Below, piece by piece: positions 56,144-64,000 of a DNA stretch of 64,000 bases. The notes under the pieces were generated by a model that worked only from the letters and a program-made list of their open reading frames with translations, was not told where the DNA came from and searched no databases. Source of the DNA: an uncultured Candidatus Saccharibacteria bacterium (GTDB lineage Bacteria; Patescibacteriota; Minisyncoccia; Phycocordibacterales; UBA12088); the NCBI GenBank assembly GCA_964531785.1, contig CAZHFF010000003.1:26764-90763 (forward strand). The letters run 5' to 3'. The position numbers and the translations under genes are program-made. Position 1 is the first letter of the stretch, and the number at the start of each line of letters is the position of its first letter.

Positions 56144-56550
56144 GCACTCGGTTGACCGCACACGTAGGCGTAGCACATGAACCTTTTTCACGAGCGTTTT
56201 GGTGCATGCGCCCAGGTTTGAAAGGTAGCTCACACATGGTTTATGTGGCGATCACATTAGGTCAGCCGTATCGCGTTATCTTGCAGCGTGAAAGGACCTC
56301 AGGCATGTTCCACGTCTGCTGATGGCCTTATCCGTCTGTTCGACAATGTGTCCGACCACTTGCGACCTCAGCGTCTGTTCTGCGATGTACGGTGCCCTCC
56401 GTACCAGTGTAGTTAGATGTGCCAATAGCGCATCCAGCACATCATGCGTGTGACTACTTGTATGAAAAAACGTGAAAGGTGTTGCCTCGCACGTGATGGT
56501 TTAGAGTACGTGACTGGAAATGTGCGCTGTTTCGGGGTACGCTAGCGTCT

Positions 56551-58509
56551 ATGGACCTGCATACCGTTCGAACCAAATACATTGAGTTTTTTAAAGCACG
56601 GGGACACGCGGAGATCCCGTCTGACAAGCTGGTGCCGGAAAACGACCCCACGACGCTCTTTACCGGCTCGGGCATGCAGCCCCTGGTACCGTATCTTTTG
56701 GGTGAGAGTCACCCCAAAGGTACGCGACTGGTCGACAGTCAGAAGTGTTTTCGCTCGATGGATATCGAGGAGGTTGGTGACAACAGACACACGACCTTCT
56801 TTGAGATGCTCGGCAACTGGTCCTTGGGTGACTACTATAAAAAGGAGCAGATCCCGTGGATGTTCAGCTTTCTCGTTGACGAGCTCGGACTCAATGCTGA
56901 GCGCCTCTACATCACCTGTTTTATCGGTGCACCTGAGTACGATATCCCGAAGGATGAAGAAGCTGCCGAACTGTGGCAAAAGTTGTTTCAAGAAAAGGGA
57001 ATTCGTGCAGACATCGTTGACATCAATACAGAAGCCGATGGCTATAAGCGCGGCATGAAGGACGGCGAACGTATCTTTTATTACGAAGGAAAGAAGAACT
57101 GGTGGAACCGAGGCAAGACAGGCCCGGAGACGACTCCGATCGGTGACCCGTGCGGACCCGATTCAGAGATGTTCTATGAGTTTACCGATGTGGAACATGA
57201 CACGGCGTTCGGTGAGCGTTGCCACCCCAACTGTGACTGCGGGCGTTTTATGGAAATAGGGAACAACGTGTTCATGGCGTACCGGAAGGTTTCGGAAGAC
57301 ACATTCACGCCGCTCGAAAAGCCGAATGTCGATCAGGGTTCAGGCTTGGAGCGTATCGCCGCTGCAGTAGCGAACAGCTCGGATATCTTTCCTATAACGC
57401 ACGGTTCTATTATCGAGTACCTGGAAAAAGTCTCAGGGAAAGCATATGCGGATGATAAGCGTAGCTTCCGCATCATCGCCGACCATATGAAGGGAGCGGT
57501 GTTCCTCATTGGTGATGGTGTGTATCCCTCGAACACCGATCAGGGCTACTTTGTACGGCGCCTCCTTCGTCGTGCGGTGCGATACGCAGACAAGCTCGGC
57601 ATGAAAGAGAGCGGCCTTTCGGGTGTGGTGGATGCGGTCGTGGAGATGTACGAGAAACAGTACCCGGTACTGCGAGATAAGAGAGAAGATATAAGAAATA
57701 AGATAGATGAGGAAGAGAAGAAGTTTAGGACAACTTTAAGACGAGGTTTAAAGGTGTTTGAAAAAACGTTTAGGCTTCATTCGGGATCATACTCAAAACA
57801 CGAAAAACCTACAGACGCGGAGATCAACACCATTCTCAGATCGCAACCAGAAGAAATTTCGCCACAGGATATATTTGAGTTGATTTCGACGTACGGTTTC
57901 CCAATGGAGCTAATTAAGGAAATCGCTACAGAAAAGCAGATCTTCATTTCTGAGCAAACTCTTGCTCATGTTGACATGCTGATTGAAAATCATCGGCAGC
58001 TTTCCCGAGCAGGAGCAGAGCAAAAGTTCAAGGGCGGTCTTGCGGATGCGGGTGAGGTGACGACGATGCTCCACACCTGCACCCACCTCATGTTGGCGGG
58101 ACTGCGTAAATACCTTGGGCCTGATGTGCACCAGGCAGGGAGCAACATCACCGCAGAGCGCACACGCTTCGACTTTACGTACCCGGAGAAAGTGCCCCGT
58201 GAGATTCTCGACAAGGTAGAGGCGTATGTGAACGAAGCGATACAGAAGAAATGTCCGATGACCAAGACCCTTATGAAAAAGGAGGACGCCAAAGCTGCTG
58301 GAGTGGAAGGGAGCTTCTGGGAGAAGTACCCGGATGAGGTAAACGTCTACGCGGTCACTTGTGACGATGGGACAGTATACAGCGCAGAGCTCTGTGGCGG
58401 CCCGCATGTCGCAAGCACCGCCGATATTAAAGGTACGTTCAAGATCATCAAAGAAGAAGCCTCGAGCGCGGGCGTGCGGAGGGTGAAAGCGGTACTTGTC
58501 GATGCCTAG
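56551..58509 (+). CDS. alaS: alanine--tRNA ligase (652 aa, lacks C-Ala domain)
   Basis: RTKYIEFFKARGH...FTGSGMQP...FEMLGNWSLGDYYK, the editing domain HTCTHLM and CGGPHV. TACGCT (56538-56543) plus 7 nt plus ATG. Confidence 0.9.
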   Translation: MDLHTVRTKYIEFFKARGHAEIPSDKLVPENDPTTLFTGSGMQPLVPYLLGESHPKGTRLVDSQKCFRSMDIEEVGDNRHTTFFEMLGNWSLGDYYKKEQIPWMFSFLVDELGLNAERLYITCFIGAPEYDIPKDEEAAELWQKLFQEKGIRADIVDINTEADGYKRGMKDGERIFYYEGKKNWWNRGKTGPETTPIGDPCGPDSEMFYEFTDVEHDTAFGERCHPNCDCGRFMEIGNNVFMAYRKVSEDTFTPLEKPNVDQGSGLERIAAAVANSSDIFPITHGSIIEYLEKVSGKAYADDKRSFRIIADHMKGAVFLIGDGVYPSNTDQGYFVRRLLRRAVRYADKLGMKESGLSGVVDAVVEMYEKQYPVLRDKREDIRNKIDEEEKKFRTTLRRGLKVFEKTFRLHSGSYSKHEKPTDAEINTILRSQPEEISPQDIFELISTYGFPMELIKEIATEKQIFISEQTLAHVDMLIENHRQLSRAGAEQKFKGGLADAGEVTTMLHTCTHLMLAGLRKYLGPDVHQAGSNITAERTRFDFTYPEKVPREILDKVEAYVNEAIQKKCPMTKTLMKKEDAKAAGVEGSFWEKYPDEVNVYAVTCDDGTVYSAELCGGPHVASTADIKGTFKIIKEEASSAGVRRVKAVLVDA

Positions 58510-58514
58510 CACCC

Positions 58515-58541
58515 ACAAAAAGGTACTAAGTACCTTTTTGT
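58515..58541. repeat. palindromic element, copy c (core GGTACTAAGTACC at 58522-58534)
   Basis: Perfect 12-bp stem ACAAAAAGGTAC/GTACCTTTTTGT, 6 nt after the alaS stop codon. Confidence 0.85.
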
Positions 58542-58675
58542 CAGTAGCAAGAAACAATGGTTGACACGGCACCATGTACATATAGTAGTATGGCACCCCG
58601 ACGCACGCATTGACCCGTCGACCTAGAGGTGCTTTGCTGAGGACAGTATTGTATTGTCGGAGCGTGGAGTTTCTC

Positions 58676-58939
58676 ATGAAGAACCAAGTATTGGACTTTG
58701 AGCTTGCAGTTGGGGATGTTGTCGAGTTGTACGAGTGGGATACTGGCAGACACATCGGCTTTGGAATGTGTAGCGAACGCGTCTCGGTCGCACAAGCCTC
58801 GGGCGTTGTGGATCGAGATGGAAGGGACCCTGGCGTAACAACGTTTCGTGTTCCGCTCGTCGGAACAGGAGAAACTGTTCTGACGTGCGACTATCGCTGT
58901 GAACGCTCTCAGACCCTGCCGACCCGGGTAGCTTCATAG
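58676..58939 (+). CDS. hypothetical 87-aa protein bracketed by palindromic elements c and d
   Basis: SD GGAG lies 7 nt upstream of the ATG at 58676. No motif found. Confidence 0.4.
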   Translation: MKNQVLDFELAVGDVVELYEWDTGRHIGFGMCSERVSVAQASGVVDRDGRDPGVTTFRVPLVGTGETVLTCDYRCERSQTLPTRVAS

Positions 58940-58981
58940 GCGTGTGGTCCTGATCCAGTATCGGGACCGTTTTCGGTTCCG

Positions 58982-59022
58982 CCCACACCAGAAAAGGTAC
59001 TAAGTACCTTTTCTGGTGTGGG
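58982..59022. repeat. palindromic element, copy d (core GGTACTAAGTACC at 58996-59008)
   Basis: Perfect 19-bp stem CCCACACCAGAAAAGGTAC/GTACCTTTTCTGGTGTGGG. Confidence 0.85.
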
Positions 59023-59117
59023 GTACGTGTGCGGGTGGTGCTTGCTGTACGTTCGGTTTTCCACTGCTCAGCCCTTCTGTGGCGCCGCTCTCCGCTGTCG
59101 AGCGGTATACTTACCCC

Positions 59118-60308
59118 ATGGGTATACCCTTTGGGCATGGTAAGGAACCAGGTGCGGTGGCCCTTTTTGACGTGGGAAGCGCGAGCGTCGGTGTGGGCAT
59201 CGCGGTCCACACACATGAGGGTGTGCGGCTCCTGTGGGACATGCGCTTGTCGTACGCGTACCAGCGCGATCTCGACTACTTACGGTTCGAACGGTCGATG
59301 CTTGCCACCTTGCTCGAAGCGGGCATGCGGCTCACAACTGAAGGTGTACAGGCGGCACAACAAAAACACTCGTTTCCTATCTCGAGCCTTCGACCGGTCT
59401 GCATTCTGTCAGAGCCCTGGTTCATTGGCGGGGTGCGCGAGAGTACGGTCACCAAAGAACAGGGGGTCACGGTGACCCCTGCGGTCCTCGAGGACCTTGA
59501 ACGCAGGGCCCGGCAGGAGTTCGAGACCAGCAAACAGATGAGCACCTGGCATGATGTCATGGGTACCGACACGACACTTCTGGATACGCGTGCACTCCAG
59601 GTTTCGCTCGATGGGTATCCGGTGACCAAGTACCTCGGCCGCAAGGCGTGCCAGCTGCGTATGGTGGTCTATGCGGCGCACGCACCAAAGACCGTGCTTG
59701 CGGAAGTCGAGGACGTGCTTCTGAAGACGTTGCCGAGCCAACGGGTCGAATTCCGGACGAGCACCGAAGTGGCGTACGGTGCGCTCGAAGTTCAGGGTCT
59801 GACGCATGGGAACCTGCTCCTGGTCGAGCTCGGCGGTGAGATCACCTCGGTCGCGCTCATCCGTAAAAGCGCGCTCCGTGCGGTCCGCGTGTTCCCGCTC
59901 GGCACGAACCATGTGCTTCGGGAAGGGTTTCCCCAGGTGGCGAGCTACGCTGAAGCCCGGGGGAAGCTCGAGCTCCTCAAGCCGGAACCCGCTAAACAGG
60001 GCGATACACCGCCTTTACCGAAGGGGGTGGTGCACAGCTTAAAGGAGTGGCACGAGAGCTTGATCAAAGCCGTGACGGAGCTCAGCGAGGGCATTACGCC
60101 GCCACGCAACGCGGTCCTTATCGCGAACGAACTCTGGAAACCATGGTTCATACCTGCCCTCCGGAGTCCGTGGAAACAGCCCGGCGTACGGACCGAGCTC
60201 GGATTCTCGGTGGTCGAGCAGCAAGGAGTACTGGGTACCGGGTCTGCGGCAGCACGTGCCGCAGACGGAAGGATCGCGTCTATGCTGCGAGGGATATTGA
60301 CACGCTAG
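59118..60308 (+). CDS. hypothetical protein with actin-like (ASKHA: FtsA/PilM/MreB-type) ATPase motifs
   Basis: ALFDVGSASVGVGI (phosphate-1-like) and LLLVELGGEITSVALI (phosphate-2-like). TATACT (59106-59111) plus 6 nt plus ATG. Confidence 0.45.
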   Translation: MGIPFGHGKEPGAVALFDVGSASVGVGIAVHTHEGVRLLWDMRLSYAYQRDLDYLRFERSMLATLLEAGMRLTTEGVQAAQQKHSFPISSLRPVCILSEPWFIGGVRESTVTKEQGVTVTPAVLEDLERRARQEFETSKQMSTWHDVMGTDTTLLDTRALQVSLDGYPVTKYLGRKACQLRMVVYAAHAPKTVLAEVEDVLLKTLPSQRVEFRTSTEVAYGALEVQGLTHGNLLLVELGGEITSVALIRKSALRAVRVFPLGTNHVLREGFPQVASYAEARGKLELLKPEPAKQGDTPPLPKGVVHSLKEWHESLIKAVTELSEGITPPRNAVLIANELWKPWFIPALRSPWKQPGVRTELGFSVVEQQGVLGTGSAAARAADGRIASMLRGILTR

Positions 60309-60383
60309 TCGTGCACGCACCTGTCGTGCCATGGTATAGTTTCTGTATACGAACCTGATCTTAGTTATTGTTACTCACACAGT

Positions 60384-61760
60384 ATGCCCAAGCCCCCCTT
60401 GCACGACGTCATCGTCAAGCCTGTCCGGAGAGCTGCGACGCAGGAAAGCACGCCGCCGAGGTCGTACACCCCGCCACCGTCACAGGACCTGCCTCCGCGA
60501 ATGCCCGAACGTCCTCGCCCCTACCTACCCGCTGAGGACTCGTATCACGAGTCCGACCCGTTCACACCGACCAGGGAGCCGCGTAGCTCGTTCCCCTGGC
60601 TCTTTGTGGCACTTGGGCTGGGAGCGGTCATTTTAGGGGTCTCGTTCGTGCTTTCGCTCCTGTTCGCGGGGGCAACCGTGACCGTGTACCCGAAGCAGGA
60701 GACGGTTTCGGTCACTGCGGACCTGTCTGCCACGTTGAGTTCCGGTGTCTTGCCGTTCGAACGCATGAGCCTTGACCGCAGTACCGAGACCATGCTCGTT
60801 GCTTTGAAGGAAGAGCGGGTGGAGGAACGGGCAAGCGGTCGTATCACCATATACAATGATCACTCTGAAACACCCCAGCGCTTGATCAAGAACACCCGGT
60901 TCGCGAGCCCTGACGGCCGTATTTACCGCATTCGTGAGTCGGTCGAGGTGCCGGGAAAGAAAGCTTCTGGTCCGGGGACGATCGAGGTCGCCGTCTACGC
61001 GGAAGAACCGGGCGAGGAGTATAATCGGGGGCCGACCGAGTTCACGGTACCCGGGTTCGTCGGTATGCCTCAGGAAGGGAAGGTGTACGGCCGCTCGACC
61101 GGCGACATAACCGGAGGTTTCGATGGAACGCGGCGTACGCTTGATGAGCAGGAACGCAATGTTGCCCTCTCGCAAATGGAAACCAAATTACGCGACGAGC
61201 TCCTTGCTGCGGCGTTCGGCGATGCCGCGAAACCAGACGGGTATGTACTCTACAAGGACGCGGTCTACTTTGATTTCCAGCCCGCACCTGACCGCTACGA
61301 GGGCAGTGACAAGGTGATAGTATCGCTTAAGGGCACGCTCCATGGCATACTGTTGCGTGAGGATGCGCTCGCCAAGGAGATCGCTCGGGTGACCATTGCG
61401 GGCTATACCGGTGACCCGGTACGTATCGACAACCCGGATGATCTGGTCGTTCGTATGGTGCGCTCGGGAGAGCCTGAAGAGCCGGGAACCACTGACACGA
61501 CCGTGGCCCCCTGGACCGCAGACAACCTCACGGCCGCAGTCTCAGGAAAGGCCCGTCTTATATGGCTTTTTGACGCAGAGCAGCTCGCGGGAGACTTGGC
61601 CGGACGAGACAAGGAGGCCATGTATGCCACGGGTCCTGGGGGTATTCTCGCGGGGTACCCGGGGATAGATCGCGCCGAGGCGACCGTACGTCCGTTCTGG
61701 AAAAAGGCGTTCCCCGAGGAGGTCGCGGATATCAAGATCGTGACCGTACTTGACTCGTAA
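60384..61760 (+). CDS. single-pass membrane protein, Pro-rich N-terminus, large extracytoplasmic domain
   Basis: One TM helix ([25 protein letters not shown]). No recognised motif. Confidence 0.5.
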   Translation: MPKPPLHDVIVKPVRRAATQESTPPRSYTPPPSQDLPPRMPERPRPYLPAEDSYHESDPFTPTREPRSSFPWLFVALGLGAVILGVSFVLSLLFAGATVTVYPKQETVSVTADLSATLSSGVLPFERMSLDRSTETMLVALKEERVEERASGRITIYNDHSETPQRLIKNTRFASPDGRIYRIRESVEVPGKKASGPGTIEVAVYAEEPGEEYNRGPTEFTVPGFVGMPQEGKVYGRSTGDITGGFDGTRRTLDEQERNVALSQMETKLRDELLAAAFGDAAKPDGYVLYKDAVYFDFQPAPDRYEGSDKVIVSLKGTLHGILLREDALAKEIARVTIAGYTGDPVRIDNPDDLVVRMVRSGEPEEPGTTDTTVAPWTADNLTAAVSGKARLIWLFDAEQLAGDLAGRDKEAMYATGPGGILAGYPGIDRAEATVRPFWKKAFPEEVADIKIVTVLDS

Positions 61761-61792
61761 AATCGACTCTGGTAGTATGCACCCCACGCTCA

Positions 61793-62008
61793 ATGCAGTC
61801 AGATAACGCGAAACAAACCGTGCAGGGTGTCGTTGAGGAGGCTCTGCCGAACACCATGTTCCGCGTTCTGCTCGAGGACGGAACGTTGGTGCTTGCATAT
61901 GTGGCCGGGAGGATGCGGAAGCATCGCATCAAGGTGCTCATCGGGGATACGGTTCGGCTTGAACTGGATCCATACGGAGGAAAGGCACGGATCGTACGTC
62001 GCGGATAG
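61793..62008 (+). CDS. infA: translation initiation factor IF-1
   Basis: [19 protein letters not shown]...[23 protein letters not shown]. Confidence 0.9.
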   Translation: MQSDNAKQTVQGVVEEALPNTMFRVLLEDGTLVLAYVAGRMRKHRIKVLIGDTVRLELDPYGGKARIVRRG

Positions 62009-62043
62009 CAATGCTCTACTGATTGAGTTGCGATAAGCATTAC

Positions 62044-62160
62044 ATGAAGGTTCGATCGTCAATAAAAAAGCGGAGTCCGGATGACAAGATCGTGCGTAGG
62101 CGCGGTCGTTTGTATGTTATCAATAAGACCAAGCCGCGGAACAAGCAGCGGCAAGGCTGA
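62044..62160 (+). CDS. rpmJ: 50S ribosomal protein L36
   Basis: Translated by hand as [38 protein letters not shown], ending in TGA. It is below the ORF-track size cutoff. Confidence 0.85.
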   Translation: MKVRSSIKKRSPDDKIVRRRGRLYVINKTKPRNKQRQG

Positions 62161-62218
62161 TCGATGAGACCGATCATTTTTCACAGCGACACCTAAGACA
62201 CTAAGAATACTACACTAT

Positions 62219-62602
62219 ATGCGTATTGCAGGCATCACTATTCCGGACAACAAGAGGCTTGAGATAGGACTTACCGCAGTCTATGGCATAGGGCGGCCGC
62301 AGGCGCAACGCATTCTTGCGGACGCGAAGGTCGACCCTGGCGCACGTGCAAAGAATCTCAGTACGGAACAGGAGTCAGCGATCCGTGCGGTCATCGAAGA
62401 GAGCGGCATGTTGGTCGAGGGCGAGCTGCGCCGCGAGGTGGGGAGCCATATCAAGCGGCTCAAGGATATCGGCAGCTATCGGGGCAGCCGGCACACGAAG
62501 CATCTTCCGGCTCGCGGCCAGCGCACGAAGACCAATGCCCGCACCCATAAGGGGGTAAAGAAGACCATGGGCAGCGGTCGCCGCAAGGTCGAGAAGAAGT
62601 AG
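62219..62602 (+). CDS. rpsM: 30S ribosomal protein S13
   Basis: [25 protein letters not shown]. Confidence 0.95.
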   Translation: MRIAGITIPDNKRLEIGLTAVYGIGRPQAQRILADAKVDPGARAKNLSTEQESAIRAVIEESGMLVEGELRREVGSHIKRLKDIGSYRGSRHTKHLPARGQRTKTNARTHKGVKKTMGSGRRKVEKK

Positions 62603-62626
62603 TGCTTTAAACTCTGTTAATACACC

Positions 62627-63061
62627 ATGGGAAAGAAACGGATCGTCAAGAAATCAGGAGGTAGCGTCAACCAGGGCCTCAAAGCTCGTGCACTTGCTCG
62701 TGCTAACCGAAAGCGCGCTGACCGCGGCATTTTGAACGTCCAGGCAACGTACAACAATACGCTCGTGACCCTTTCCGATCCGAACGGCAACGTGCTCATG
62801 GCAAGCTCGAGCGGCGCGCTCGGCTTCAAGGGCGCAAAGAAGAGCACACCCTTTGCAGCGGCAAAGGTGGGTGAGCTTGTTGCAGAGAAGGCACTCCAGA
62901 TGGGAATGAAAGAGGCGCAGGTGGTCATCCGCGGCGTGGGTTCCGGCAGGGAGGCGGCGATGCGTGCGTTCGTTGGCAAGGGTATAGCCCTTGCCGGTGT
63001 TCGTGACGAAACCCCGGTCCCGTTCAACGGACCACGCCCAAAGAAGCCACGACGCATCTAA
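62627..63061 (+). CDS. rpsK: 30S ribosomal protein S11
   Basis: ATYNNTLVTLSDPNGNVL...GFKGAKKSTPFAA. Confidence 0.95.
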   Translation: MGKKRIVKKSGGSVNQGLKARALARANRKRADRGILNVQATYNNTLVTLSDPNGNVLMASSSGALGFKGAKKSTPFAAAKVGELVAEKALQMGMKEAQVVIRGVGSGREAAMRAFVGKGIALAGVRDETPVPFNGPRPKKPRRI

Positions 63062-63094
63062 TAGTTTCATTCATAATCCTTTACTTACCAAGAT

Positions 63095-63715
63095 ATGATA
63101 GCGCAACCTACCTACAAAGTATGCCGACGCCTGGGAGCGGGTGTGTACGATAAGTGCCAGACCCAGAAGTTCGTGCTGTCCGAGGCAAAGCATGCGAAGA
63201 ACCAGAAGCGTGGGAAGCGTGGCACGGTAACCGACTTCGCTCGCCAGCTCCTGGAGAAGCAGAAGATCCGTTTTGCGTATGGTATCCACGAGCGACAGCT
63301 CCGTCGGTATGTCGAGGAGGCACAGCGGGTAGGGCAGCTTGGCTCAGATCCAACCGTGCGGCTGCTAGAGCAGCTTGAGCTGCGTCTCGACAATGTGGTG
63401 TACCGCTCAGGCCTCGCAGCCTCGCGTCGTGCTGCTCGCCAGATGGTTTCGCACGGACATATAGCGGTCAAAGGTCGTCGCGTCACCGTGCCCTCGTTCA
63501 TGCTCTCGGTCGGCGATACGTTCGAAGTAAGGGAACGCACGAAGCAGAAGCCCATCATGGAACTTGCCAAGCAGAGCGTGGAGTCGGTGAGCGTGCCCGT
63601 CTGGTTCACTTTTGATACGAAACAGCTTGCAGGAAAGGTCCTTGCAAAGCCGAACCCGGAAACGGTCGAGATGGTCGGCAGCGTCGGAGCCATACTTGAG
63701 TACTACAGCCGGTAG
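63095..63715 (+). CDS. rpsD: 30S ribosomal protein S4
   Basis: KVCRRLG...[16 protein letters not shown]...[12 protein letters not shown]4 domain. Confidence 0.95.
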   Translation: MIAQPTYKVCRRLGAGVYDKCQTQKFVLSEAKHAKNQKRGKRGTVTDFARQLLEKQKIRFAYGIHERQLRRYVEEAQRVGQLGSDPTVRLLEQLELRLDNVVYRSGLAASRRAARQMVSHGHIAVKGRRVTVPSFMLSVGDTFEVRERTKQKPIMELAKQSVESVSVPVWFTFDTKQLAGKVLAKPNPETVEMVGSVGAILEYYSR

Positions 63716-63757
63716 CCCCCTTGGATCCCTTTTACTTACCAGTATAAACCTTTCTCT

Positions 63758-64000
63758 ATGGAGTATAACGTAGCACTGCCTTCGAAGCCTCGCATCGTGA
63801 AGGAGGAGGAGAACTCCGGTATTTTCGAGATCGACGGCCTATTTCCGGGGTACGGTCATACGCTGGGCAATTCGCTTCGCCGTATCATCCTGAGCTCGCT
63901 CACTGGTGCTGCGATCACCACGGTCAAGATCGACGGTGTGCCGCACGAGTTCGCGACGATGGAGGGTGTCCAGGAAGATGTGATCACCATTCTGCTCAAC
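63758..64000 (+). CDS. rpoA: DNA-directed RNA polymerase alpha subunit (5' fragment, runs off the window)
   Basis: [25 protein letters not shown]-type N-terminal domain, in the expected position after rpsD. Confidence 0.9.
   Translation, partial: MEYNVALPSKPRIVKEEENSGIFEIDGLFPGYGHTLGNSLRRIILSSLTGAAITTVKIDGVPHEFATMEGVQEDVITILLN

Noticed and set aside
55893-56180. 95-aa ORF in the thrS-alaS gap
   Set aside because: It has no SD and no leaderless promoter. It runs through the nested hairpin and the attenuator-like element on the opposite strand. The composition is unremarkable, so it is probably non-coding.
55852-56550. Known RNA families in the 700-bp gap (T-box, RNase P RNA, tmRNA, SRP RNA)
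   Set aside because: By eye I found none of the expected signatures. There is no T-box AGGGUGGNACCGCG. The RNase P motifs GAGGAAAGUCC and ACAGAAnnCGGCUUA are absent. There is no tmRNA GGGG...UUCGAC 5' end or UCCACCA 3' end. There is no SRP GGUCAGGUCCGGAAGGAAGCAGCC. A covariance-model scan is still needed.
62158-62160. Alternative genetic code (UGA recoding, as in some CPR lineages)
   Set aside because: Well-supported genes end in TGA: rpmJ at 62158-62160, the ATPase at 13568-13570 and the sunset-domain gene at 21818-21820. Conserved proteins also translate intact with code 11.

Overview
The window is a gene-dense, visibly GC-rich bacterial chromosomal segment with about 62 supportable CDS and one tRNA. 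I found no rRNA, CRISPR array, transposase or integrase. Most content is housekeeping: ribosomal proteins L9, L27, L25, L31, L36, S2, S13, S11 and S4; infA, tsf, prfA, rpoA (5' end), gyrB, priA, def, murA, mreB and mltG; and the synthetases cysS, pheST, thrS and alaS. Several features suggest a CPR/Patescibacteria (Parcubacteria-like) genome. These are domain-minimised synthetases, a sigma-region-4 HTH protein, a TraD/VirD4-like ATPase with a standalone paralog of its N-terminal module, PEGA and 'sunset'-type proteins, and many membrane or secreted orphans. This lineage call is an inference from gene content. UGA is used as a stop codon, so the standard code 11 applies. The leads most worth a second look are listed here. 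(1) A leaderless Thr-rich micro-ORF with mutually exclusive helices and a U-tract lies upstream of thrS and is a candidate leader-peptide attenuator. It sits in an otherwise unexplained ~700 bp thrS-alaS gap. (2) A sortase is paired with a 990-aa Ig-like-repeat protein whose VPYTG sorting-like motif is internal. (3) Four copies of a perfect palindrome family share the core GGTACTAAGTACC and bracket orphan genes. (4) A -10 box, 6-9 nt, then the start codon recurs at many genes, implying widespread leaderless mRNAs. (5) The PriA homolog has degenerate Walker A and B motifs. All functional calls come from reading motifs in the supplied translations. No database search or folding calculation was run.
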